From the NCBI RefSeq assembly GCF_964355755.1, contig NC_092679.1, positions 24,783,432 to 24,847,431 on the forward strand: a stretch of 64,000 bases of DNA, in the 5' to 3' direction. The notes below the pieces were generated by a model that saw only the letters and a program-made list of their open reading frames with translations, was not told the origin of the DNA and made no database searches. A program made the position numbers and the translations under genes. The stretch's first letter is position 1; every line of letters starts with the position of its first letter. The DNA comes from Antedon mediterranea. Its lineage: Eukaryota > Animalia > Echinodermata. This document shows, in pieces, positions 48,001 through 60,890 of this stretch.

Positions 48001-50417
48001 GGCACCTGTCATGAGTTATTATTTTATTTATGGGGGATGGGGGGGGGGGGGGGATGGGGGCGTCTGCCTTAGTAAGCAATAAGCTTCCACGTGTGATGCA
48101 GTTCTTAGCTTTCGTTCTGTATGCGCGTCGTGACAAGCCAATTTCAATGATTAAGGTAGGCCTATTGTTTCCTTGATATTATAATTGTGCTATGCTAAAT
48201 TACAGTGCAGTTTAGGTGTGTTCAACCATGGAGGTAATGTGTTACCACAGATAAGGTGCTTATTTGGAGGCAAATGCTTCAAATTGTGATAACATTCTAA
48301 AACTTGACACAGTTATTCATCAACAAAAGAAAATGGAAGGGTTGCACACAATTTGGCCAGGGGAAAGCGGTCGTTTTGGGTTTCAAAATGGTAAAAAACA
48401 ATCCTGATTTAACATGGTCATCCATGGTGTCATTGGACAGAGAAATTAATACTGATGATTTTATTTCATTACATCCATATACAAAAAGTAATTGTTACAC
48501 AGTTATTTAGTAAAAGAACAAGTCACCTGACCAATAAAGGTCAAAAGGTCAACATCTAATTTTACCAAATACCATACTGTTTGGTATCGTTGGATAGCTT
48601 TTTTTAAATTCTGAATACAGTTTTAACAATGTCTGTCCAATTAATTGTAGTAATTTTTCAATTATATTATATTTCATTATAGGCCTACTGTCGTATTTAT
48701 GTAGTAAGTAGCTTTATAAAAAATGTTGTATCCTTCAGTAAACTTTAAAAGTACTTATTAGACCACACCCAATCTATAGACCACACCCAATCTATAGACC
48801 ACACCCAATCTAATAATCATAGGGTCTTATTGGAAAAAGTATAGTCTACTGCATTACACTTATAGGACTTATATGTCACAAAATGTAAAGTTATTATTTG
48901 CAATCAAAACTATATTATAGTAAATAAAAAGATGACACAGAAATGTTTGTCAAATCACTGTACATTGTAGAAAATCTTAATCTGTTTCAACAATGTAAAT
49001 TAGCAGTAATCTTTTACTCTTTTTAAAATAAATAAATATACCCTAAAACTTTGACAAAGAAGTCTGAGATTAATTTTGAAAAGCACATCTCAAAAAGAGT
49101 CTAAAACTGTGCCAAGTTTCGGAATGTTCTCACTTACAGGCGCAGTCTCGCAGAAAAATTCTGTAATATTATACATGTCTGCTGCCCTCAATGCGTTTGG
49201 CTGGGAATTCATCCCACCTGCTACATTGTAGCATCTACTTCAACCATTTTCCCTATGAACTACATCAGAAACAAAGCTAAAGATAGCTCTAGGCTGCTTT
49301 TCACAGTTAGTTTTTCAATTTTACTAATGGAAAACCAAATACAGGACTACGATTGAACTCATAATTTTTCAGCAACCTCAAGTCATATTCAATAGAAAAT
49401 GTTAAGTAGCTGTCAATAAGTCAACAGGCTCATCTGTTGCTATTTCATTTGAATAAAATCTATGCAGAGTTTGTTGTTTATTATTATTATATAAATATAA
49501 TTGTTACCTACTGTACTTTCTTTTTCTATGGCCCTGTTTCTGCAGAAATGGGTCTCATGATAAATATAACATTATAAAACGATTATCTCATCTCTCATCT
49601 TACATACTTTCAACTTTAATATCAACATTTGGAAGAAAATATGTAATGTTAAGTTTGTTATTTTGGTTCAAGAAAATGTTCTATGTGGTGACCCTGTTTA
49701 CATATCTGGATATGAACTCCTCAGAATTTCTGCTGGCAATGTAAGAGAGGTATAATTTTGTTATGAAGTTTTATACAAACATGAAAATAATAAAAGAAAC
49801 TGTAATGGACAACTGCTAATCGAACTACAAAGGTTTTCTTGGTTTTAAAATTCAGTTTCAGTTTCAACAATCTAAATTTCCATATTTCAATCTATTAATG
49901 GCATTGTAAAAATTATGACATAATTATTATGTCACAAAGCATAACAGTAAAAGTAGGTCTAAAAGTATTGGGTAAATAAGATTTGTATTCACCGCCCATG
50001 CCAACAATAGCAATATTGACTGAATTGAAATTACTATGGACAATGTTTCATTTAAATATTCAAATGCTCGGAGCAATATGCTTTTTTAACCAGCTAGCAA
50101 AACAGATATTATGAAGCATACTGTATTGCAAAAGCAAAAAGATAAGTGGGACTGGGTCAAAATCTTTAGCCAATAAATTTTGATTATGCAGAGTGATTGT
50201 ATGAGCCTTGAATGAAATAACATTTACTTGCAGCAAACAGCTTTCTTTAATTTAAATATTCATGTTTCTTCAACATTATTTGGCCTACATTTGTTTTCTT
50301 TTCGTATTCAGTCGTTCCAGTAGTTGCTATCTGATATTTTTCAATGAAAACTTTAAGCCTTCATCAATCTGATTAAAAATTCATTTAATATTTGTATACA
50401 TATTACAAAATTACTAG

Positions 50418-50660
50418 GTAGTGGCATGGTTTAAAAAGCCCAAGGGGATACACAGACTATAGTCCAACAGCAAAGGGCCAAGCCAACATGGTAATGTATC
50501 TCATGGATCTTCTAAATTGTACATTATTGGATGTACTAGGTAGGGGCATGGTTTAAAAAGCCCAAGGGGATACACAGACTATAGTCCAACAGCAAAGGGT
50601 CAAGCCAACATGGCGATGTATCTCATGGATCTTCTAAATTGTAAATTATTGGATGTATTG
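50418..50660. repeat. ~123-bp tandem duplication
   Basis: taggtagKggcatggtttaaaaagcccaaggggatacacagac... present twice. Confidence 0.9.
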
Positions 50661-52336
50661 AGTTCTAATGCATTATTTATTTATAAAATTGTCCATATAA
50701 ATTAGTATACAAATTACCTTATTGTACATAAACACAAGCCAGTCACCAGCCCAGATCTCCTCACTTTTCAACGCTGTACTGTTGATTCGGAGTGCTTTCA
50801 GTCATCTTACAGGTGTAATTTTTTCAAATGTTCTCAAGCAATTATTATTTAAATAAGCCAAGGCCGACTATAAATGACCTTGAATATTTCAATTCAATTT
50901 TTAAAAAAAAATCTTTTTTTGAACAATATTTAATTCTAGTGAGTGCCGAGTTCAACATTGAATTCTAATCTTTTCACATAACTTTGTAAACTCTGGTCTA
51001 TGCTAATTATTAATTATTAAAAATCTTAAGATTCATTCAATCAATAGTTTTGAAACCTTGCTAAATTATTGTCCAGATGCCAATTTTAAAATGCTAAGTT
51101 GTTACGTTTGGCTTCGAGAGGTTGTTAAATTATACTCCAGTTCAAAAATTTTCTGAAAATCTTATTTTTTTATTTTCTCAAAAACTAAGCGATATTTTAC
51201 CAAACAAACTGTTTTTCATCTACCAAATACAAAATATGAGCCAATTCAATATTTAGATTTTTTTTCACCTGGCCCTTATTTTTTTATTTTATTTCATTCC
51301 AAACCAACAACGAATCATTGCCAATAAAAGGCTGGTTAAAATCTTAGATTGTGATCTTACTTGCGAACCAAAATATTGTGATTACTTATAATATATTAAT
51401 TTTTATTTGCATGTAAACTGCTTTAAACAACATAAATTGCTATTGTACTTATTGAAGAATAGCGTTAATGGTTTAAGATCTGTGCAAGAACTTATTAAAA
51501 AGAGATGCTATCATCCTCATTGTTATAAGCATTCTTCATCCAGGTCAGCTTTTGGGCCACTGTTTAATAATACAAGATGTAAATGTTATAAGTTATTGTC
51601 TCCTCCTTATCTATTATTGGTTATTTTAACATTCATCTTCACAGTTCAATTATTGTATGGGAATAAAAGGGGCGTGTCAAGTTGTGTTACCTTGAACTGT
51701 TAATAAAACTGGTTCACTTCACTGTCTGCAGCCTTGTTATACCTTTCTATGCAATCATTAGCTTTTTGTGCAAATCATTATATTATAACATGCAGTTAAC
51801 TATGCATATTTATAAGCATAATAAATCATACTATTATCACTTGTTAGGGACTAGGGAATCTCAAAAAGTCAAAGCCTTTTGTTGAAGGAAAGCCTGGGTA
51901 CAAAATTATTCAGAAACTTTGATACAAAAAAGGAAGAAATACAATAATACATTGACATTTTAAGGCTCAGAATATCAATAATATTTATAACAATTATCTA
52001 TGTTTTTTTTAGTTTAGTGTATGATAGGGTAACAGGTATATTGTTTGCAGCATCAAAAAAATCATTATGTATATTTTTATGCCTACAGTATTATGATTCA
52101 TTCATCTACAGTATATATTAATGCTACTAAATTGGTCGCTTAATTTTACGTATATCATCATGCCGGTCCGCCAAATTAAAAAAAGACTTTAGTCTCATCA
52201 GCCGAACCTTTGAACCTTCAAATTTGCAGCAAGAATATACAGTGTCTTTTTTATTTTTTGTTAACAGTTTTTGCCAAAAAAAGAAAGATAATTAATGCAG
52301 CAACAAGACAAAACCAGGCTAGGCCTAGCTCGGGTA

Positions 52337-55300
52337 GGCCTACGAGGATGTTCATACGTATGATTACTAGGTTGGAGTAGGGCCTATGAGGATGTTCATA
52401 CGTATGATTACTAGGTTGGAGTTAGGCCTATGAGGATGTTCATACGTATGATTACTAGGTTGGAGTAGGGCCTATGAGGATGTTCATACGTATGATTACT
52501 AGGTTGGAGTAGGGCCTATGAGGATGTTCATACGTATGATTACTAGGTTATGGAGTAGGGCCTATGAGGGTGTTCATACGTATGATTACTAGGTTGGAGT
52601 AGGGCCTATGAGGGTGTTCATACGTATGATTACTAGGTTGGAGTAGGGCCTATGAGGGTGTTCATACGTATGATTACTAGGTTGGAGTAGGGCCTATGAG
52701 GATGTTCATACGTATGATTACTAGGTCGGAGTAGGGCCTATGAGGGTGTTCATACGTATGATTACTAGGTTGGAGTTAGGCCTATGAGGATGTTCATACG
52801 TATGATTACTAGGTTGGAGTAGGGCCTATGAGGGTGTTCATACGTATGATTACTAGGTTGGAGTTAGGCCTATGAGGATGTTCATACGTATGATTACTAG
52901 GTTGGAGTAGGGCCTATGAGGATGTTCATACGTATGATTACTAGGTTGGAGTTAGGCCTATGAGGGTGTTCATACGTATGATTACTAGGTTGGAGTGGGG
53001 CCTACAGTATGAGGATGTTCATACGTATGATTACTAGGTTGGAGTAGGGCCTATGAGGATGTTCATACGTATGATTACTAGGTTGGAGTAGGGCCTATGA
53101 GGATGTTCATACGTATGATTACTAGGTTGGAGTTAGGCCTATGAGGGTGTTCATACGTATGATTACTAGGTTAGAGTAGGGCCTATGAGGGTGTTCATAC
53201 GTATGATTACTAGGTTGGAGTTAGGCCTATGAGGATGTTCATACGTATGATTACTAGGTTGGAGTAGGGCCTATGAGGATGTTCATACGTATGATTACTA
53301 GGTTGGAGTAGGGCCTATGAGGGTGTTCATACGTATGATTACTAGGTTGGAGTAGGGCCTATGAGGGTGTTCATACGTATGATTACTAGGTTGGAGTAGG
53401 GCCTATGAGGATGTTCATATGTATGATTACTAGGTTGGAGTAGGGCCTATGAGGGTGTTCATACATATGATTACTGGGTGTCACGAAAGCTCAGACCACG
53501 AAAGCTCAGACCCCCTAAGACCTAAGATCACGAAAGCTAAGACCCAACACCTAAGATTACAAATACTAAGATATACTACAGCTTAAAAACAATACTTGTT
53601 TATCCATACATAATTTTAAACACAGTAGGTTTCATTTATTACCATAAATATAATTTAATACTACCGCAAAACATAGATAAACTCACATTATTTTCGCCCG
53701 TTGAGTAAATGTATATTTTTTCTTTACAACAAACAAACTTGACGGGTTGTTTGTTGGTATATATTTACTCCATTGTGTTGGTTCAGAGGATGTTTTTCTT
53801 ACGCACCTGCCTTTCTTGTATTTTGACTCCAAATTTGTTGACTAACTTTATCCTGAACACCACACATTAAAATTAGGACTTATAAGTACTTTCAGAAGGA
53901 GAAACACATAATAACAAATAAATAAATCCTTTAAATTGATGATTTTACAGATGTGTTTCTTTGTATATACTGTAATGTAACTCCTCGAGCTCCCTATGCT
54001 CAATGTTTTTGTTTCTATGGAGCGCCAAAAGAGCAACAATAATAGTACAAGTATAAAAACAGAAAGAAAACGAAACAAAAAAACTTATCATGATTTTTAA
54101 ATTAAAATTTATTTGCCAGTATTTATTTCTTCGTACTTGCATGATTATACTATTATCATTACAATTTTAATTTTACATTGTTCCATCCACACTGTAGATG
54201 GACTCCACAGAGTTTTCAGCCCTCTATATAATTTTTGCTCTTTTGACGTTCCATAGAAACAAAAACATTGAACATGGCCCATGGGGTAGGCCTACTGTAC
54301 TTACTGTAGGCTAGTCATTTTGTGTGCGAGAAAAACGTCTGTAAAATCATCAATTTAAAAATGTATTTGTTACTTTTTATGTGATTCTTTTTCATGAAAG
54401 TGCCAATTCTAAGGTGTGGTATTCAGAATAAATGTTAGGAGTTAAAATACAAGGCAGGTGCGAAAGATAAATATTTGTAATCTTAGGTGTTGGGTCTTAG
54501 CTTTCGTGATCTTAGGTCTTAGGGGGTCTGAGCTTTCGTGGTCTGAGCTTTCGTGACACCCTATGATTACTAGGTTGGAGTAGGGCCTATGAGGATGTTC
54601 ATACGTATGATTACTAGGTTGGAGTAGGGCCTATGAGGGTGTTCATACGTATGATTACTAGGTTGGAGTAGGGCCTATGAGGGTGTTCATACGTATGATT
54701 ACTAGGTTGGAGTAGGGCCTATGAGGATGTTCATACGTATGATTACTAGGTTGGAGTAGGGCCTATGAGGGTGTTCATACGTATGATTACTAGGTTGGAG
54801 TAGGGCCTATGAGGGTGTTCATACGTATGATTACTAGGTTGGAGTAGGGCCTATGAGGGTGTTCATACGTATGATTACTAGGTTGGAGTAGGGCCTATGA
54901 GGGTGTTCATACGTATGATTACTAGGTTGGAGTAGGGCCTATGAGGGTGTTCATACGTATGATTACTAGGTTGGAGTAGGGCCTATGAGGGTGTTCATAC
55001 GTATGATTACTAGGTTGGAGTAGGGCCTATGAGGGTGTTCATACGTATGATTACTAGGTTGGAGTAGGGCCTATGAGGATGTTCATACGTATGATTACTA
55101 GGTTGGAGTAGGGCCTATGAGGGTGTTCATACGTATGATTACTAGGTTGGAGTAGGGCCTATGAGGGTGTTCATACGTATGATTACTAGGTTGGAGTAGG
55201 GCCTATGAGGATGTTCATACGTATGATTACTAGGTTGGAGTTAGGCCTATGAGGATGTTCATACGTATGATTACTAGGTTGGAGTAGGGCCTATGAGGAT

Positions 55301-56833
55301 GTTCATATGTATGATTACTAGGTTGGAGTAGGGCCTATGAGGATGTTCATACGTATGATTACTAGGTTGGAGTTAGGCCTATGAGGGTGTTCATACGTAT
55401 GATTACTAGGTTGGAGTTAGGCCTATGAGGGTGTTCATACGTATGATTACTAGGTTGGAGTAGGGCCTATGAGGGTGTTCATACGTATGATTACTAGGTT
55501 GGAGTAGGGCCTATGAGGGTGTTCATACGTATGATTACTAGGTTGGAGTAGGGCCTATGAGGATGTTCATACGTATGATTACTAGGTTGGAGTAGGGCCT
55601 ATGAGGGTGTTCATACGTATGATTACTAGGTTGGAGTAGGGCCTATGAGGATGTTCATACGTATGATTACTAGGTTGGAGTAGGGCCTATGAGGGTGTTC
55701 ATACGTATGATTACTAGGTTGGAGTAGGGCCTATGAGGGTGTTCATACGTATGATTACTAGGTTGGAGTAGGGCCTATGAGGGTGTTCATACGTATGATT
55801 ACTAGGTTGGAGTAGGGCCTATGAGGGTGTTCATACGTATGATTACTAGGTTGGAGTAGGGCCTATGAGGATGTTCATACGTATGATTACTAGGTTGGAG
55901 TAGGGCCTATGAGGGTGTTCATACGTATGATTACTAGGTTGGAGTAGGGCCTATGAGGGTGTTCATACGTATGATTACTAGGTTGGAGTAGGGCCTATGA
56001 GGATGTTCATACGTATGATTACTAGGTTGGAGTTAGGCCTATGAGGATGTTCATACGTATGATTACTAGGTTGGAGTAGGGCCTATGAGGATGTTCATAT
56101 GTATGATTACTAGGTTGGAGTAGGGCCTATGAGGATGTTCATACGTATGATTACTAGGTTGGAGTTAGGCCTATGAGGGTGTTCATACGTATGATTACTA
56201 GGTTGGAGTTAGGCCTATGAGGGTGTTCATACGTATGATTACTAGGTTGGAGTAGGGCCTATGAGGGTGTTCATACGTATGATTACTAGGTTGGAGTAGG
56301 GCCTATGAGGGTGTTCATACGTATGATTACTAGGTTGGAGTAGGGCCTATGAGGATGTTCATACGTATGATTACTAGGTTGGAGTAGGGCCTATGAGGGT
56401 GTTCATACGTATGATTACTAGGTTGGAGTAGGGCCTATGAGGATGTTCATACGTATGATTACTAGGTTGGAGTAGGGCCTATGAGGGTGTTCATACGTAT
56501 GATTACTAGGTTGGAGTAGGGCCTATGAGGGTGTTCATACGTATGATTACTAGGTTGGAGTTAGGCCTATGAGGATGTTCATACGTATGATTACTAGGTT
56601 GGAGTAGGGCCTATGAGGATGTTCATACGTATGATTACTAGGTTGGAGTAGGGCCTATGAGGGTGTTCATACGTATGATTACTAGGTTGGAGTAGGGCCT
56701 ATAAGGGTGTTCATACGTATGATTACTAGGTTGGAGTAGGGCCTATGAGGATGTTCATACGTATGATTACTAGGTTGGAGTAGGGCCTATGAGGGTGTTC
56801 ATACGTATGATTACTAGGTTGGAGTTAGGCCTA
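52337..56833. repeat. 44-bp satellite, ~77 copies, split by element C
   Basis: Unit tatgaggRtgttcatacgtatgattactaggttggagtWRggcc. Confidence 0.98.
53476..54561. mobile_element. Non-autonomous foldback/MULE-like DNA transposon C inserted in the satellite
   Basis: ~90-bp TIR gggtgtcacgaaagctcagacc...; exact 10-bp TSD tatgattact (53466-75 and 54562-71); additional inverted arms in the interior. Confidence 0.92.
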
Positions 56834-57596
56834 AAAACTAAGCCTATGCTAAAAGAGTTACAGTATATCAACCCATCAAAACAAAACATATACAAATACA
56901 TTTCCTCTCTTGCTGTCTCAATGAGGAAATAATCCAATCATTTTATAATTTTGTAATAAAATCATTTTAAAATTTAGTGCAATGCCCTTTATTGACCTTG
57001 TTTGTTGTCAATGACCATGCTTTAACATTTGTTTCATAGATATGTTGATGCTATATTGTAATTTCTACAAAATAATTTATTGTACCATAATTAGAAACAG
57101 ACTTTGTGCAGTATTTTTATTTTTGTTTATTTCCTGTGTAAATGTCCTTTGTATATATGTTTCTGTAAATATTTCTATGATACGGTATGTGTTTTAAATA
57201 AACACAGTTTTGCTGCTATTGCTAATTTGTTAATAAATTAAATAAATAAATTCTAATAATTTAAGTGGCTTTCCATAAAATACCTTCATATTATCGATGG
57301 ATTGATATTTGTTGTTTGTTTTTTACTAATTAAAAGTTTGTAGTTGCAATGCTGCCCAATATTTTTATCAGGATAGGAAGGAGTAGAGGCTAAAACACTC
57401 GGACTAGTGGAGAACGTTCGATGCAAAATACATTTTTAGGGCATAGTTTTTCTCTTTTTAATAAAATTACCATAGAAAAACGTACATTTTAAGACATGAA
57501 TGTTTTAATATTTGTTATAAAAATGTGTTTTAACCACCAAAAACATCAAATTTTGCAGCATACCCGCTTTACATCCATAATTGTTTTACTCATCCA

Positions 57597-57803
57597 ACTG
57601 GTAGCATTGTAAGAGATAACTCCACCGCCTCAGATCTACTACTGGTTTGGTCAAAATATATAATGGTCCCTAAATTGCACACTACTGACCAATGTAAAGT
57701 ACTGGTAGCATTGTAAGAGATGACTCCACCGCCTCAGATCTACTACTGGTTTGGTCAAAATTTATATGGTACCTAAATTGCACACCACTGACCAATGTAA
57801 AGT
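57597..57803. repeat. ~105-bp tandem duplication
   Basis: actggtagcattgtaagagat..ctccaccgcctcagatctactactgg..gaccaatgtaaagta present twice. Confidence 0.9.
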
Positions 57804-58702
57804 AAAATTGCAGTGTATTTAATCATTGTCATTTTTAAGTAATTTATTCTTTACTACAGTACTTTTTTGGGAGCACAAAATCAACCATATTGCCATAGAT
57901 TATACACTACGTATTTGAATTTTTATTCACAGATCACTTTAAATTTACATCATATTTTTATTAATGTGCATTAGGATCTATGTGGAAAACACTCCGTAAG
58001 TGTTATTGCAGAGACTGGACTAAAAACCCACCCACGAAATTGCTAGTATCATAAATGAACGCATTTGATATTGATTACGTTTCTATGGAAATTGATGCTA
58101 TAATAAATCATACAATTGACTATATAATCAGGTCTTTTGTCTTCTCTATAGTAGAAAATATGAAAAGCTCTGTTTCATAAAAAAAAAAAATATGCATAAA
58201 GTGTGCCAAGGTTAGTCTGCCTAGAGACTAATGTATTTTACATGTAAACTATTGCATCTTCTTGTCTCATCAGTAGTTTCTTCAAATGGATGAAAGTAAA
58301 AATGAAAGTATGGCATCTTGAATTTATTAATAACATTATATTTGATATTTTATTTCCATTGAATATTTTAAAAACAACAAATATTATAATGTGATTATGA
58401 TACTGATGAATAAGGCAGTCAGAAGTCTTGGCTAAAATTAAATTTCCCAAAAAAAAACAAACAAATGTAATACTTTTTCATATCCCAATAACAAATCTGG
58501 GTTTTCGATTATAGTTGCCATTAAGGACATATATTGTTATTTAACCAACCTTTAAGTAAACTAATAATTAATATAATAACTATGGTCAACATTGTATGCA
58601 AAAACTCTAATGGGTGGCAATGTTATAAAAACACAAACATACTTTCAGGTATGTTTTATCAACAAAAACATTGAAACAAGTCCAGAAATCAGTACTTATA
58701 AC

Positions 58703-58855
58703 CATGGAGAAAAAAATATATACCGGTATATAAATTATAAATAGCGAAAAGCTAAATCAAAACGATAAGTAAAACAGCCAGAAAAGTTAGCAGAGCTTTC
58801 GGGCAACATTAGCCCTTCATCAGTGCAAATTATAATATAAATGTTTTCCTCCATG
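58703..58855. mobile_element. CA..TG P-type footprint interrupted by a Penelope-like fragment
   Basis: ttataac|catggagaaaaaaatatata ... tataaatgttttcctccatg|taataac (7-bp TSD with 1 mismatch). Confidence 0.55.
58787..58829 (-). ncRNA. Minimal type I hammerhead ribozyme motif (Penelope-like element type)
   Basis: Minus strand: tttgca-CTGATGA-a-GGGC taatgtt GCCC-GAAA-GC-TC-tgctaa; perfect core, stem II and a palindromic AGCT in place of stem III. Confidence 0.75.
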
Positions 58856-59150
58856 TAATAACTGAGCATTCACATAGCATCCAAACTATATTTATAAATT
58901 TTTTCCTCCATGTAATAACTGAGCATTCACATAGCATTCAGACTATATTTATTATGGTAACATGACATGTTTTCCTCCATGTAATAACTGAGCATTCACA
59001 TAGCATCCAAACTATATTTATTAATGTTTTCCTCCATGTAATAACTGAGCATTCACATAGCATTCAAACTATATTTATTAATGTTTTCCTCCATGTGATA
59101 ACTGAGCATTCACGTAGCATTCAAACTATATTTATTATGGTAACATGACA
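58841..59150. repeat. 57-bp tandem repeat, 5 copies
   Basis: ttttcctccatgtaataactgagcattcacatagcatYcaaactatatttat.. at 57-bp spacing; one copy has a 12-bp insert. Confidence 0.92.
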
Positions 59151-60101
59151 ACTATAGTGTGTGGTTGGCTTCTATTGTATACACACAAGTATATAAATTT
59201 GGAAAGTACACTGGCCATTGATTGATTTATATACATGCATTAGGACTTATTAGGACTGATACTAAAGATACATGGTTTCTTTTTTTTTTTTTGCTATTCT
59301 AATTCAAAAGAAGAGGCGGGGTCAAAATGAAGGAAATGTCAGTGGTGTAATAGGATATGTACTGAATTTGTTTTGTTGCATCAATAAATTAAATAACTTT
59401 ATTTTAAAAATTGCATAATTGTATCGTTAAACAGTACATCATAAAGTGTCTGCTTATTATAATATTTCTAAGAATTATACAAAATAGATATGAGCAATTG
59501 CCAACCAACTACAATTTAATTTATTTTTTTTGCTTATAAATTTATTTCATTCAGCTTAGAAAGGTCACTTATAGTGTACTAGTTTTTATCGTTACATCGT
59601 ATGTCATGTTTTCCACAGACATCTATTTAAATTGGAAGCAAATATATTTGCCAAATTTAATGTTTTTATGCTGCCTTTGGGCATGCATTTAGTATGAGTC
59701 CCTCTGGACACAAATCATCTTTTCACTTAAGTCTATGTTGTCATATTATTGGTTTTCTTTCTAAACTTTTTGTATGTGAAAGCCTAAGGTAATTTTAGCA
59801 CTAAACTTGCTGGAGCAGGCACCTGCATTGAATACAAGATTGAAGTTATCCAAAACAATTTGAAATTCATTGGAGATGATCTGCCTTTGACGTAATTGAA
59901 AACCGTAAAATTTAAAGATTCTAAATCGATTTATCTTTTCAAATGTTATGATTTCATTTCACTTATTTGTAAGGACATTTAAGATGTTTGTTAAATTCAG
60001 ATGGTAATTTGATCCTTTTTAGTGTTTCTAACACTCTTGAGCCTTATTAAATACATCTTCTTCTTTCTTTAAATTTGAATCTCAAAGAGATTTATTATAG
60101 C

Positions 60102-60210
60102 CAGTGGCGTATCCAGTAGGGGGGCTGGGGGGGCCCGGGCCCCCCCTGATTTCGTTTCCGTCGGCACATCATCGCGGCCGTCGGCAAACAAAGGTGCCAG
60201 GGAAAAAAAT
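60102..60210 (+). mobile_element. Left end of a hAT-like element
   Basis: cagtggcgtatccag followed by a G/C-run palindrome gggggg-cccggg-cccccc; no matching right end found. Confidence 0.4.
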
Positions 60211-60890
60211 AAACTATTTATTCTGACAATAATTGAACTGTAAACATAATTCTTTTGAGTGTTTGTTTATTTACATATCATATCATCATTGATCCCTTCA
60301 GATCAACTATTTTTTATTTTCATTACATGCTAACGAAACACGTAAAAAATGTGTAGCACGTACGTACGGCCGTACGCGGTAGATTGTTTACTCAAAAGTC
60401 TTTGACCTTACCCTAAAACCTTGTTTTTGCATGCAGTTGAGCCTCTCATGACCTGGGATTTGTATGTCTTCCTACGCTAAGAGATTATATAGTTCCACAT
60501 GCCATGTGCTTTTTTGTCTAAGATATATTTATTATAAGTGCAAAAAACCCGTTTTTTTTCTCGATATGAGGCCTTTATTATTCAAAATTTTTAAAGAAAA
60601 AGCACATATACCATAAAAAATATCCATGTATTTCATTTTTGGAACAGAATATTCCGTGAGGATCAACTACAAAACCACCATTTTGTGATATGATGTCATC
60701 GTAAGCCAATCAAAGCTGAGCTTTCTCGCGATTGGCACTGCTCACGGTTGAATGATTTAGGATTCTAGCTGATTTGATTGGTGGATGCGAATCACCTGCA
60801 GCGGAATGTTTTCTCTCGCGCGTGTACCATGAATCTCTCTGATCGTTACTACACAAAGTTAGAGCAATGAATTTGTCCGAATTCCGTTAA

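Larger units (their letters stand above)
52270..57570 (+). mobile_element. Old diverged Kolobok-type element relic that hosts the 44-bp satellite
   Basis: 52272-52325, 56826-56845 and 57440-57560 align in order with 61202-61253, 61300-61320 and 61385-61510 of the Kolobok-type unit. Confidence 0.7.

Noticed and set aside
48100-52200. Short ORFs in the AT-rich stretch (e.g. 51407-51703)
   Set aside because: No recognisable motifs or exon structure; treated as non-coding.
52188-52215. CTGATGAG on the minus strand as a hammerhead core
   Set aside because: No stem II followed by GAAA..UH.
60700-60830. Promoter-like cluster (CCAAT boxes, tctcgcg)
   Set aside because: No associated gene in the window; it may be transposon interior.
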